Source: a candidate division WOR-3 bacterium
GTDB taxonomy: Bacteria; Hydrothermota; Hydrothermia; LBFQ01; DSFT01
Direction of reading: 5' to 3'
DNA: 64,000 bases
Assembly (NCBI GenBank): GCA_025060695.1
Contig: JANXBH010000001.1
Span: 90,730-154,729 of the forward strand
This document shows, piece by piece, positions 29,860 through 40,380 of the stretch. The notes below the pieces were generated by a model, which saw only the letters and a program-made list of their open reading frames with translations, did no database searches and was not told where the DNA came from. The stretch's first letter is position 1. Each line of letters begins with the position of its first letter. Made by a program: the position numbers and the translations under genes.

Positions 29860-30711
29860 ATGGAAGAAGTAAATATTATTAGTGCCCTTATTGCAGGTTT
29901 CTTGTCATTTCTATCACCTTGTGTATTTCCACTTATCCCTGCATATATTTCGTATATTTCAGGTATTTCCATTAAGGACCTTTCAAATTCAAGAATTTCA
30001 ACAAATACCATAGTAAATCTAATTTCCTTTATCTTCGGATTTTCAATTATATTTATATTATTTGGTGCAAGTGCAACATTTATCGGTCAAGTACTTGCAC
30101 AGAATAAGCTACTAATATCAAAGTTTGCAAGTTTAGTAATTATTGTTTTTGGTTTAAATTTTATTGGAATTTTCAGATATAAAATTCAACTTCAACACAA
30201 AAAACTTATCAAAATTCTATCTTGGATAGTGTTAGCACTATTAATTATAGCTTTTTACGATGTTTTCAAAAACTGGTTATTTCTTCTATTTTCAGTTATT
30301 TTAATTACTCTATTTAATTATTTGAATCTCATTGATTTTGAATTTTTAAACTATGAGAAGAAGCTAAATGTAAATACTACAAGAAGAGGTTTAGTATCTT
30401 CACTCATACTTGGAAGTTCATTTGCATTTGGCTGGACACCCTGCATAGGACCAATTTTAGCAAGTATATTATCACTTGCAGCAATTCAAGAGACTGTATA
30501 TCAAGGTATTATACTTTTATCGTTCTATTCACTTGGACTTGGTATTCCATTTTTCCTTGCAGGCATATTGACTGATGCTTTACTTAGAAGTGTAAAGTTT
30601 ATGAAAAAATTTTTCGGTATAATTGAAGTCATTAGTGGTATTTTACTGATAGTTATTGGTATACTTATATACAACGATGCATTCACAATATTTGCATCAT
30701 TTTCTTCTTAA
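29860..30711 (+). CDS. ccdA: Cytochrome c biogenesis protein CcdA
   Basis: SFLSPCVFPLIP and GWTPCIGPIL. Confidence 0.92.
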   Translation: MEEVNIISALIAGFLSFLSPCVFPLIPAYISYISGISIKDLSNSRISTNTIVNLISFIFGFSIIFILFGASATFIGQVLAQNKLLISKFASLVIIVFGLNFIGIFRYKIQLQHKKLIKILSWIVLALLIIAFYDVFKNWLFLLFSVILITLFNYLNLIDFEFLNYEKKLNVNTTRRGLVSSLILGSSFAFGWTPCIGPILASILSLAAIQETVYQGIILLSFYSLGLGIPFFLAGILTDALLRSVKFMKKFFGIIEVISGILLIVIGILIYNDAFTIFASFSS

Positions 30712-32982
30712 TGAGAATAATAATATGGAAAAGACTAAAACCATAAAAGTAAAAATGGAAATTATTAAAGACGAAATTTCTAATTTTGGTTCATATTTAA
30801 AAACTACTACATGACTTCCTTTATCTAATGCAATAGCCATTTGAAGATAGTTAACTATATAAATTTTCTTTTCTTTCCCATTAACGAAAGCTTTCCACTG
30901 CTTATGGTAATTATTGGAAAAGACTAAATATGCAGGATTTTCTAAGTCAACTTTAAGCTTTGCATAATTTTCAGATAAATTCATAACCTCAATATTTCCA
31001 TTTATTTTATCTAAGTTTATTTTCTCAACCGGCTCACTTTCAAAAATAAGCTTTCCTTGATAATTTCTTACATCCGAAATAGGATTATTTGAAACTTTGT
31101 ACGAACTGGCTAAATAAAAAATAGGATAATAATTTGGATTTTCGTAAATTTCGTATATTCCATCATCGTATACCTTTTTATAGTTTCTTACATATTCCTG
31201 GAAAAGTTTTACAATTGGTTCGTCTGATACTTCTGGAAGTTTTTGTGTAATTACAAATCTAATAGATAGAACATCACTTAATTTAGGATTCTTTAGTATT
31301 TCAGTTGTTGTTGCAGGATTTAGCATAAGTCTATTTTCTGCTCCAATAATACTAAATAGTCTGTGAGGTTGAACTCCGTGATGACCACCAATTGTTCTAA
31401 TTTCTTTTAGTGTAAAATAATTGTCATCTGTTCTGTATGCAAATGGAAATACATTAAAATAACCTTTTTGATTTTTTAAAAACATTACCACACTATCACT
31501 TTTGAATATATGCTCTTCGTTATCTACATATCTAATAAAGTTCTTTGAAATTAAATATAGGTCAATACCACTTATAATGCTTAGAAATAAAACTAAGTTC
31601 CTATGGCTTATCCAATTATTTATGTGGGAAAGTATTAGAACTGATGCTAATGTAGAGAATAAAAATGTCATAAATATAGAAAATCTTATTTTGTCAATTT
31701 CATACAAAACTATTTGGGCTTTATCAATAGGATTATTAAATATGCCGTTTATCAAGGATTCAGATGAGAATAACCAGAAAATTAAAAGCGAAATTGGAAT
31801 TAAAAATAGAAGTTTAGTATAAACTCTTGGATTTTCCTTTAAATTTTTTAGTGTAATAGCGGAAATTAAAATTGCGGAAAATACGCAAAGATAAAAAGCC
31901 ATAGAAGGTGCTCTAAATTTTTGATATGCAGGTAGTACAGTCCATATGATTTTATATAAAAATGTAGAACCTCCAAGTGAAATAATTGAAAAGAAAACAA
32001 AAGAAAATATTAGAAAATTTCTTAGTCTGTTTTCTATCTTGTTTAAAAAACTTAAAATAAAGAGTAAAAATACTACTATACCAAAGTATTCGGAATTTAT
32101 TTTAAATGCATTAGGACCCCAATAGAATGAATAGTTAGTATCTTCTAATGAAAAACCACTAAATCCACCAATGAAAGAAGATATAAAATCTTGCCATCCA
32201 AGTGACCAAGTAGTAGCAAACTCATAACTTTCAATTTGTCCTCTTTGAGAATAGTTAATAGTATAATCGTATATAGGTAGGAATTGACCAAAGAAAATTA
32301 GTATAGAAAGAAGCAAACTAAAAATGCCAAGAGAAAAAACCCTTATAAGTTTTTTATTATTTTCTTTAAAAACAAAATAGCTTTCATATAATACATAGAA
32401 AAATGTAAAAAGGACTAAGTAATAAATCATTTGAATATGAGCATTTAGAGAAATTAAGCTTGTAAATAGTGATAAAAGCAAGGCATTTTTAAAGCTTGGA
32501 TTTATGAAGATTTCTCTTAAATATAGAAAGTAAAAGGGAAGAATTGAAACTATTGCAAATTTTCCAAGATGACCACTATATAAATAACCAAAAAATATAC
32601 CACTTAGCATAAAGGATACAGCGGAAAATAGTGCAATAACTTTATCACTCAATATTCTATTTACCAAAATGAACATCCCAATACCTGCAATAATTAAATG
32701 AAAAATTATCCAATAGTTTAAAAAGAACTTTGCAGGCAAAATAATAAGTAATAGAAAAAATGGATAAAAACCAAATTGTAATGTTGGTATTGTAGGCATG
32801 CCATAAAAGATATAAGGATTCCAAAAAGGAAAACTTCCGCTTAGTATTTCTTTTCTTATAAACTCATAGAGATATATGCCATCAGTTATCGCATCGGTCA
32901 TTATAAGTAGATTTCCAAGCAATGCTTTAAAAAGTAAAAATATTGGAATAATAGAAACTATTAGTATTTCTAAATTTTTCAT
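30697..32982 (-). CDS. YfhO-family membrane glycosyltransferase (GT-C-like)
   Basis: PFWNPYIFYGMP, FRAP, C-terminal WKAFVNG..G.H.V.F.Y.P. Confidence 0.8.
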   Translation of the reverse strand: MKNLEILIVSIIPIFLLFKALLGNLLIMTDAITDGIYLYEFIRKEILSGSFPFWNPYIFYGMPTIPTLQFGFYPFFLLLIILPAKFFLNYWIIFHLIIAGIGMFILVNRILSDKVIALFSAVSFMLSGIFFGYLYSGHLGKFAIVSILPFYFLYLREIFINPSFKNALLLSLFTSLISLNAHIQMIYYLVLFTFFYVLYESYFVFKENNKKLIRVFSLGIFSLLLSILIFFGQFLPIYDYTINYSQRGQIESYEFATTWSLGWQDFISSFIGGFSGFSLEDTNYSFYWGPNAFKINSEYFGIVVFLLFILSFLNKIENRLRNFLIFSFVFFSIISLGGSTFLYKIIWTVLPAYQKFRAPSMAFYLCVFSAILISAITLKNLKENPRVYTKLLFLIPISLLIFWLFSSESLINGIFNNPIDKAQIVLYEIDKIRFSIFMTFLFSTLASVLILSHINNWISHRNLVLFLSIISGIDLYLISKNFIRYVDNEEHIFKSDSVVMFLKNQKGYFNVFPFAYRTDDNYFTLKEIRTIGGHHGVQPHRLFSIIGAENRLMLNPATTTEILKNPKLSDVLSIRFVITQKLPEVSDEPIVKLFQEYVRNYKKVYDDGIYEIYENPNYYPIFYLASSYKVSNNPISDVRNYQGKLIFESEPVEKINLDKINGNIEVMNLSENYAKLKVDLENPAYLVFSNNYHKQWKAFVNGKEKKIYIVNYLQMAIALDKGSHVVVFKYEPKLEISSLIISIFTFMVLVFSILLFSLRRK

Positions 32983-33007
32983 GATTTTGAGAATTTTAAA
33001 GTTTTAG

Positions 33008-33985
33008 CTAACATATAGGCTCGTACAGGTTTTTCTTTACACATTCCTTGAACTTGTTTACCCTTTCCAATCTTAAAACTTTCCTACTTTCAGCTGACTT
33101 AAATCTTTCAATCTCATAGTCCCTCCAAGGATTAAATTGCTTTAATGGCTCAACTGAAACAAAAGTCATATAACTACTTGCAACTTTATATCTTGTTGAA
33201 GTAAGTGGCTCTTCTTTTATTATTTTTACACCAACTTCAATAGAGCGATGACCTACATAGTTTATACCAAGGTAGAAATGCAAGATATCTCCAGTTCTTA
33301 CAGGACAAATAAAGTCAAACTCATCGATTGATGCAGTAAACGACGGGCTTTTCGCATACTGAACACTTAAAATTCCACCAAGCTCATCTAACTTCTCAAA
33401 CAAATAACCTGCAAACATTGTATTAGAATATATAGTTTCATATGGAAAAACAAGTTTTGCAGAATACAAACTATAGGTAGGGACTTTTGATGTATCTAAG
33501 TCATTTATGTCTAATTTTCTATTCTTTATCCTTTCTAATCTATACGCCCTTTTTTTAAGACCCCATTCGTATATTTGTTTTTCTTTTTCATCCTTTGGGA
33601 CAACTTTTATGTCTAGCTTTCTTGGTTTTCCGCTTTCATCCACTGCAACGTATCCAAAATGAGCAAGTGTGACTACTTTTAATTCATTATCCTTTGTTCT
33701 TTTAAATACAGTAACACCTACTTCTAAAGAACTATTAAAAGTTGCCTGCACTCTTGATCTAAAAATAAGTGTATCTCCACTATGTACAGGTTCTATAAAA
33801 TCTACGCTATCCATAGAGCCAATTACAACTGGTCCTTGTGCTACTTTATTTGCAGAAAGAAGACTTGCCTGACTTATAAGATATAACATTTTACCGCCAA
33901 ACATTGTATTTGCAGGATTTATAAAATAAGGAAACACATATTCGTATATTTCTATAACTGTATCAGAAATATTTATTTCCTTCAT
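33008..33985 (-). CDS. Double hotdog acyl-CoA thioesterase
   Basis: NPANTMFGG and NTMFAG repeats, SLEVGV/SIEVGV; ATG 33985 is 6 nt after the -10 box at 33992-33997. Confidence 0.88.
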   Translation of the reverse strand: MKEINISDTVIEIYEYVFPYFINPANTMFGGKMLYLISQASLLSANKVAQGPVVIGSMDSVDFIEPVHSGDTLIFRSRVQATFNSSLEVGVTVFKRTKDNELKVVTLAHFGYVAVDESGKPRKLDIKVVPKDEKEKQIYEWGLKKRAYRLERIKNRKLDINDLDTSKVPTYSLYSAKLVFPYETIYSNTMFAGYLFEKLDELGGILSVQYAKSPSFTASIDEFDFICPVRTGDILHFYLGINYVGHRSIEVGVKIIKEEPLTSTRYKVASSYMTFVSVEPLKQFNPWRDYEIERFKSAESRKVLRLERVNKFKECVKKNLYEPIC

Positions 33986-34565
33986 CTTCAAATTTTAAAC
34001 TTAGAAAATCTCTAAGCTTTTTTAATGCAATAGCTCTATGACTAATTTTATTTTTAACTTCCATTTCTATTTCCCCAAATGTTTTTCCAATTGGTTTATA
34101 GTAAAATATTGGGTCATAACCAAAACCTTTATCTCCTCTTATTTGAAAACCAATTTCACCCTCCACCTTTCCCTCAAATACATGGCTTTCACCGTTGTTA
34201 TTTATAAACACAATGACACAATGAAAATACGCACTTCTATTTTCTTTATCTTTCATAAGTTCTAAGATTTTTTCTAAATAGTCTGGATTTCCTTTTTGAA
34301 ACTCAGCTGAATGAACACCGGGAAAACCACCTAACGCCTCTATAAAAATACCAGAATCATCAGATATTACTGGCATTCCTGTTATTTCATGAACTTTCTT
34401 TGCCTTAATTAGTGCATTTTCTAATAGCGTCTTTCCAGTTTCCTCTATTTGAATATCTAAACTTATATCTTCCAAAGACAGAAATTCTATATCCTTAAAG
34501 TCCTTGAAAAAATTTTTAATTTCTTCTATTTTATGTTTATTTCTTGAAGAAATTAGAATTTTCAG
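33963..34565 (-). CDS. rdgB: Non-canonical purine NTP pyrophosphatase (CTG start)
   Basis: DDSG, GFGYDPIF, SHR; frame open upstream to CTG-AAA-ATT-CTA.. (KILISSRNKHK). Confidence 0.92.
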   Translation of the reverse strand: MKILISSRNKHKIEEIKNFFKDFKDIEFLSLEDISLDIQIEETGKTLLENALIKAKKVHEITGMPVISDDSGIFIEALGGFPGVHSAEFQKGNPDYLEKILELMKDKENRSAYFHCVIVFINNNGESHVFEGKVEGEIGFQIRGDKGFGYDPIFYYKPIGKTFGEIEMEVKNKISHRAIALKKLRDFLSLKFEDEGNKYF

Positions 34566-34568
34566 TAG

Positions 34569-34653
34569 TGGGCAGGGTAGGATTTGAACCTACGTAGGGC
34601 GTTAGCCCAGCAGGTTTACAGCCTGCCCCCGTTGGCCGCTTGGGTACCTGCCC
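34569..34653 (-). tRNA. tRNA-Tyr(GTA)
   Basis: GGGCAGG acceptor, GCAGG-CTGTAAA-CCTGC anticodon arm, long variable arm, GGTTCAAATCC; no CCA. Confidence 0.95.
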
Positions 34654-34657
34654 AAAA

Positions 34658-34730
34658 AGCCAGCGGGCGGACTCGAACCGCCGACCTGCTGATTACAAAT
34701 CAGCCGCTCTACCAACTGAGCTACGCTGGC
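34658..34730 (-). tRNA. tRNA-Thr(TGT)
   Basis: GCCAGCG acceptor, GCTGA-TTTGTAA-TCAGC, GGTTCGAGTCC; no CCA. Confidence 0.95.
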
Positions 34731-34734
34731 AAGG

Positions 34735-34750
34735 CTTTATAATTTTAAAG
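34735..34750. promoter_or_regulatory. Overlapping bidirectional -10 boxes CTTTATAATTTTAAAG
   Basis: Plus TATAAT 34738-34743 (8 nt to ATG 34752); minus TAAAAT 34742-34747 (11 nt to tRNA-Thr). Confidence 0.75.
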
Positions 34751-34751
34751 T

Positions 34752-37700
34752 ATGCTTACATTACTTTTTAACCTTTCGTTTTATTATAACGAGCAAAATA
34801 TTAAAAAACTTCCCATTCTATTTGAAGAAGGTTATCCACAAATTCCATATGACTATAGACTTATTGAAATTCCTGAAAATGCAAAGAATATAAAAATTAA
34901 AAACACTTACTACCAGAAAAGTTTATACCAGTCCAATGCTATTTTAAAATACAACGACAAGATATACTACTTTGATAGAACAGGAGCGTTAAAGACTATT
35001 GATATTCCAAGAATAAACATAGGAAATAGGTTTCCGAAATCTCCTATTGAAATAAGAAGTATTGGTTATTTCAGAGAAAAGAAATATGTTCTTGTTTTTA
35101 TCTATCCTATCGTTTATGAAAATGGAAATTTGTATTTAAATGAAGTTATTTCCTTTGATATTGAATATGAAGAAGAACAAAGGAACTATAGTATTAGACC
35201 ATTGCCCGATAGCTTGGACTATGCGATATTAACGATAAGTTTGTTAAAAGAGCCTTTCGATTCTATTGCGCACCTTTCAAGAATAAGAGGCTTTAGAACT
35301 GAAGTTTTTTTAGTAGATACTATAAAAGAAAATCCTGAGAAAATAAGAAACTTCATAATTGAGCTTTATAGAACATTTGGTATAAAATATTTACTAATTG
35401 GAGCGGATGCAAGTATAGTTAAGCCTTGGAGATTTCAAGTAAGTTTTTATGATGCCGATCAATCCTTTTTGACAGGTCCTGATGTCCATACGGACTATCC
35501 ATATTCCGCACTTGATGGAAACTATATAAATGGTAAAAAGTGGAAAATGGGAGATAGTGTAATAGACCCGTTTGCAGACATTGGCATAGGTAGATTACCT
35601 GTAATTAATACCTACGAAGTTTTTAACTACTATAGAAAATTAAAGGACTGGACATTTAACTTTCAAGGAAATACCAATAGCTTTGCTTGTCTTGAAAGTG
35701 AAATTGCACTTAACTACTTCGGTAATTATTGCGAACATATTGTATTAGCCTCCAATTTACCAAAAATCACAAGACTTTATGAACCTTTCTTCAATGGTCA
35801 ACTAACTCCTCAAATACTTTTTGACTCACTAAATACAAACAAACCACAATTTTTCTTCTATATAGGACATGCTAATGGTTTTTATATTGCGTCAAGCTAT
35901 GCAAATCCAACCTATTATGTAGGGATACAGGACTTCTATAATGCTTCTTTAAACTATAGTGCTCCATATATTGCGATGTTTGGAGGATGTTGGACAGGAG
36001 ACTTGGAACATACTGCACTCGTAAAGAACATACTTACTATGCCTGAAAGAGGTTCTATATTTTCTATTGGAGCAAGCAAACTTGATAATACAGGTTCTGA
36101 AACTGCAAGAGGTATGAATTTCTTTTACGCATTCAACAGTTATAATGCTAAAACAATAGGAGATGCATATTTGCATATGGTTATGGGATTTGCAGGCTCA
36201 CTATTTGGTGTATATTCTAAATTGAACATGTTCGGAGATCCTACTATTGAACCTTATTTCAATGGGAAAAATTACATTAGTGCAAACCATGACAATTCAT
36301 TTTCAGATTCGCTTATTATAAATACAATACCTAATGCAAGAGTTTTGCTATATGATGGAGAATTATATGTCTATACTAAATCTAACAATTCAGGTAAAGC
36401 AATTTTAAGATATAATAGTAATCAAGCGAAAACACTATTGCTCTCTATTTCAAAACCATCGCATATTCCATATTATACTTATGTAAACTACTATCCTTCA
36501 GAAGTTATATTAGATAGTATTTCACTAAATTCAAATTCTGTAATTCCGGGAAATACGTACGAATTGAAATTCTATCTTTCTAATATTAGTTCAAATAATA
36601 TAAATGTAAACTTTAAGGTAAAATTCAATAATGCTATTCCTGACAGTATAGTTCAAAACTTAGATTTTAGCCCTCAAGAAAGTCAAATTATTAGCTCAAC
36701 AATTACAATCAAACCTGATGCAAAGAACCTTTTAGTATCTATATTTATAAATAACAATCTGATTAAGAGATTCTCCTATATAGTGCAAAAACCTGAAATA
36801 AAGTTAGTTGGAGTAAAATGGGAAAATGATAGTATAGCCTTGGACATTTATAACAAATCAAATATTAATATATATAATATTGAACTGAAGTTCCTGTCCT
36901 CAAATGTAAGCAAAACACTTGATTCTATAAGTGCAAAATCCAATACTTCTTATACTACCAAATTACCAAGAATATCAAATAATCCAAAACTCGTAATATC
37001 TTACGCAGGGAAACAAGATACCTACAATTTAAACTACCAGCTTCCATTAAATCCTCCTCAATTTTACTTATTTCCAAGAAGAGAGGGTATATATATAACT
37101 TTTGATACTTTGGACAATAGCTCAAGGTTCTATAAAATTTACAGAGCAAAGAGTCCAAATGGAGAATATAAATTTATTGATATAACCAATGAACTCTCAA
37201 AACTACATATGGATTATGTAGATAGCTTTGAGTTTTACTATTACAAAATTTCAAGCTTAGATTTTTACTACAACGAAGGGTATATATCTAACTACAAATC
37301 TCAAATAAAGAGTCCAAACTATAGTATATATAGACCTACCTATTTACCACAGCAGGGAGAAGTTCCACCGATAATTGGGAAATTTAATAGTTTAGAACAA
37401 AACAAGCAAGTTTTAGTATTTTCACCGATTTATGCAAGTTTTTATAACCATCAAGGTATTAATTTTAATGACTATCCAAAAGAACTAAAATTTAGGGCAC
37501 TTTCAAGCGCTCTTTCAGACATTGATGGAGATGGAATAAATGAAGCAATAGTTTCAGCACAGAAAGATGGAAAGTCATTTCTACTATTGGTAAAATTAGA
37601 CAAAATTGATACTATATTTATATCAAACTATTGGGGTGATGTTTCAATATATAACAAAGGTTTAGTTATTGCTAACTTTATAGGTGATACACTTCCTGAG

Positions 37701-38897
37701 ATAGCACTTAAAACTTATTACTCTGACGGTAATAACTATAAACAAAGAATTATTATAATCGACCCAAGAACAGAGAGTATAGTAAATGAATTTAAGTATT
37801 TCAAAGGAAACGTATCAGCCAATTGGGATATATGTGCAAGTGATTTTGATTATGATAAGATGTATGAAGTAGTGTTTTTGGACTCAATGGGTTTTCTTCA
37901 TATTAAAAAAACAAACGGACAAAGTATAAATAATTTTCCAATTGATATAAAACCTTATCTTCCATCTTCAAATATTGATAACTTGGGTCAGTTTTCTTGT
38001 GCGATAGATGCCAAGAACAATAAAATAATATTAGGAAGTACGATGTCAGGAACACTTAACATCATTCTCATAAATGTGAATAGTGGAATGGTTGAGATGG
38101 TCCAAAGTATAAATCAATTTATAAATAATAATCCTATTGACAATTTTGCACTATCACTTGGAGACTTAGATAACAATCAAATACCAGAAATTATTCTAAT
38201 TACAAATCACAATTACTATCATTCAAAATACATACTTATTATTAAACAAAATGGTAGTTTACTTACAAAATTTACTGGTCCTGAAAAAGATTGGGTTTGG
38301 TATTCACCTGCAAGCATAGTAGATATATGGAATGACAACAAAATAGAGTTGGTAATTAGTCTTCCAAGAAGAGTATTTATACTAACTTATCAAGATAGTC
38401 TATTTCATAATTTTGGTTCACCTATATTACTTGCGGACGACACACTACCTGAAGGTTATCCATATTATTCACCTATATTTGAGGATATAGATAATAATAA
38501 CAAAGTAGAAATGTTCGTAATGCAGTTATCAAATCCCTTATACTCTTTTGATTTGGGAATAGCTGGGAAAATTCAATGGAATGGAAATAGAGCAAATCCT
38601 TTAAATACAGCGGAATGGGGGAAAAGAGAGTATACCACAGTGGAAGAAAAACTTTCTAACTATGTAAAGTTTAACTCCAAGTTATTCGCAATTGAATATA
38701 ACTTAATTAGAACTGAAAACTATGTGCTTAGAATTTATGATATTTCAGGAAGAGAAGTTTATGAAGACAAAGGAAATATAGAAGGAAAGGGTGTTTTGGA
38801 ACTTAGAAAATTAAAATTAAAGACTGGAATTTACATAGTAGATTTTCATTCGGATAATTATAAATTAAGGACAAAAGCCTTAAATCTTGGTTTATAA
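34752..38897 (+). CDS. C25 (gingipain-like) cysteine peptidase with FG-GAP repeats and T9SS-like C-terminal domain
   Basis: YLLIGAD, DIGIGRLP, catalytic GH..GGC, MFGDP, DIDGDG/DLDNN repeats, IYDISGREV..GIY. Confidence 0.85.
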   Translation: MLTLLFNLSFYYNEQNIKKLPILFEEGYPQIPYDYRLIEIPENAKNIKIKNTYYQKSLYQSNAILKYNDKIYYFDRTGALKTIDIPRINIGNRFPKSPIEIRSIGYFREKKYVLVFIYPIVYENGNLYLNEVISFDIEYEEEQRNYSIRPLPDSLDYAILTISLLKEPFDSIAHLSRIRGFRTEVFLVDTIKENPEKIRNFIIELYRTFGIKYLLIGADASIVKPWRFQVSFYDADQSFLTGPDVHTDYPYSALDGNYINGKKWKMGDSVIDPFADIGIGRLPVINTYEVFNYYRKLKDWTFNFQGNTNSFACLESEIALNYFGNYCEHIVLASNLPKITRLYEPFFNGQLTPQILFDSLNTNKPQFFFYIGHANGFYIASSYANPTYYVGIQDFYNASLNYSAPYIAMFGGCWTGDLEHTALVKNILTMPERGSIFSIGASKLDNTGSETARGMNFFYAFNSYNAKTIGDAYLHMVMGFAGSLFGVYSKLNMFGDPTIEPYFNGKNYISANHDNSFSDSLIINTIPNARVLLYDGELYVYTKSNNSGKAILRYNSNQAKTLLLSISKPSHIPYYTYVNYYPSEVILDSISLNSNSVIPGNTYELKFYLSNISSNNINVNFKVKFNNAIPDSIVQNLDFSPQESQIISSTITIKPDAKNLLVSIFINNNLIKRFSYIVQKPEIKLVGVKWENDSIALDIYNKSNINIYNIELKFLSSNVSKTLDSISAKSNTSYTTKLPRISNNPKLVISYAGKQDTYNLNYQLPLNPPQFYLFPRREGIYITFDTLDNSSRFYKIYRAKSPNGEYKFIDITNELSKLHMDYVDSFEFYYYKISSLDFYYNEGYISNYKSQIKSPNYSIYRPTYLPQQGEVPPIIGKFNSLEQNKQVLVFSPIYASFYNHQGINFNDYPKELKFRALSSALSDIDGDGINEAIVSAQKDGKSFLLLVKLDKIDTIFISNYWGDVSIYNKGLVIANFIGDTLPEIALKTYYSDGNNYKQRIIIIDPRTESIVNEFKYFKGNVSANWDICASDFDYDKMYEVVFLDSMGFLHIKKTNGQSINNFPIDIKPYLPSSNIDNLGQFSCAIDAKNNKIILGSTMSGTLNIILINVNSGMVEMVQSINQFINNNPIDNFALSLGDLDNNQIPEIILITNHNYYHSKYILIIKQNGSLLTKFTGPEKDWVWYSPASIVDIWNDNKIELVISLPRRVFILTYQDSLFHNFGSPILLADDTLPEGYPYYSPIFEDIDNNNKVEMFVMQLSNPLYSFDLGIAGKIQWNGNRANPLNTAEWGKREYTTVEEKLSNYVKFNSKLFAIEYNLIRTENYVLRIYDISGREVYEDKGNIEGKGVLELRKLKLKTGIYIVDFHSDNYKLRTKALNLGL

Positions 38898-38926
38898 ATA
38901 AACATATCCTTTATAATTTCAACACT

Positions 38927-39406
38927 ATGAAACTTTTAGGTTGGTCATTTGTATTAAGTCCTCTGGTAATTGGTGGCATTATGATGCCTTTCGCATGGCT
39001 ATCTTTGGCTAAAAAGACAAACGAGAATATTTACAAATGGGCAGGTATCTTCGGAATAATAACTATTGCTATTGCAATAATCTCGGCTCCTTTTCTATTC
39101 GTTTCACTATATGAATTCTTTACTAATAACTACTCAATCGAAGATCTCGCTAGCACGACGACTTTTCTATCACTTCTGGGTATTGCATCTATAGCAGGAA
39201 TTATCTACTTGGTTTTTACAATAATGTCACTCTTTAAGGTATCCCAAATACATAATGTTCAAAATTTAAAAAATCTCACAATTGCTCTTATTGTATGCCT
39301 TGTTTTAACTTTAATTCCATTCATAGGGTTTCTTGCCTCTATAGCTCTTATAGTAGTGTATGTTTTAATAGGAATTCAGATTCTTAATATTAAAGAAGCA
39401 CAATAG
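38927..39406 (+). CDS. Four-TM membrane protein (DUF996-like)
   Basis: Four hydrophobic helices; TATAAT 38912-38917 is 9 nt upstream. Confidence 0.6.
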   Translation: MKLLGWSFVLSPLVIGGIMMPFAWLSLAKKTNENIYKWAGIFGIITIAIAIISAPFLFVSLYEFFTNNYSIEDLASTTTFLSLLGIASIAGIIYLVFTIMSLFKVSQIHNVQNLKNLTIALIVCLVLTLIPFIGFLASIALIVVYVLIGIQILNIKEAQ

Positions 39407-39553
39407 CAGAAAAGCTTATTACAAAATTTTCCATATCAAAGTTCTTTGGACATTTTCTAGAGTTTTCTCTATTGTTATTCTACCTGATTTATCTGAATCT
39501 CACAACAGCTGTAATTCTTTTAGAAGTGTAGCAAATGCTGAAATATTATACTT

Positions 39554-40240
39554 TCAAAATATTTGAGCATTTTTAATCTCCAATATAACTTTGTTTATTG
39601 CTTCAACAGGGTCTTCAGAATTTGTAATAGCTCTCCCAATTACCAAAAAGTCAGCTCCATTCTTTATAGCCTCCCTCGGAGTTATTATTTGTTTTTGGTC
39701 ATTAGCTTTAGAATAAAATTCTAGTCTAACCCCAGGAACAATAGTTAGAAAATTTCTTCCAATTGTTTCCTTTATCTTTTTTACATATATTCCTGAAACT
39801 ACGACACCATCAAGACCACACTCTTTAGCTAAAAAACTTCTTTTAATAGTTAGAGCACTCATAGGCAAACTTATGCCTATATCCTTTAAATCTTCTTGAT
39901 TTAAACTAGTTAAAACAGTAACACCAAGTAATTTTATCCTATCAGTGCTTTCCCTTGCTGAGACTAACATATCCCTACCTCCTGAAACATGAAGTGTCAA
40001 ATAGTCAATATCAAAATTATTTAGAACCTTAATTGTCCTACTAACTGTATTTGGAATATCTTCTAATTTTAAATCTAAAAAAACGGTAGCACCCCTAATT
40101 TTTAAATATTCTATAACTTTAAAACCTTCTGCTGAAAAAAGCTCAAGTCCAACTTTATAGAGTTTGTGAATATCAATAGTTTTATCTACAAAAGACTTAA
40201 ATGATTTAAAATCACTAAAATCAAGAGCTATGAAAAACAC
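39554..40240 (-). CDS. pyrF: Orotidine-5'-phosphate decarboxylase
   Basis: IALD, KVG, DLKLEDIPNT, VTVLTS, PGVR, GRAIT. Confidence 0.96.
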   Translation of the reverse strand: MFFIALDFSDFKSFKSFVDKTIDIHKLYKVGLELFSAEGFKVIEYLKIRGATVFLDLKLEDIPNTVSRTIKVLNNFDIDYLTLHVSGGRDMLVSARESTDRIKLLGVTVLTSLNQEDLKDIGISLPMSALTIKRSFLAKECGLDGVVVSGIYVKKIKETIGRNFLTIVPGVRLEFYSKANDQKQIITPREAIKNGADFLVIGRAITNSEDPVEAINKVILEIKNAQIF

Positions 40241-40245
40241 ACAAA

Positions 40246-40276
40246 ATTTTAAAGTTATTAGCTTGTCCTTTAAAAT
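40246..40276. promoter_or_regulatory. Divergent -10 boxes (pyrF / tRNA-Ser pair)
   Basis: Minus box 40246-40251; plus box 40271-40276. Confidence 0.7.
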
Positions 40277-40289
40277 TGTAATACTTTTT

Positions 40290-40375
40290 GGAGGGGTGCG
40301 CCGAACTGGTAAGGCAGCGGATTTGAAATCCGCCGGGGCTTAGGCCCCTTAGGGGTTCGAGTCCCCTCCCCTCCG
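40290..40375 (+). tRNA. tRNA-Ser(TGA)
   Basis: GGAGGGG acceptor, GCGGA-TTTGAAA-TCCGC, long variable arm; no CCA. Confidence 0.95.
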
Positions 40376-40380
40376 TTTCT

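Noticed and set aside
39440-39556. TGA readthrough or selenocysteine extension of pyrF (two in-frame TGAs followed by open codons)
   Set aside because: PyrF is already full length, I see no SECIS-like hairpin, and TGA is an ordinary stop throughout the window
40290-40375. tRNA with TGA anticodon as a suppressor or Sec tRNA
   Set aside because: Anticodon UGA reads UCA (Ser); tRNA-Sec has anticodon UCA
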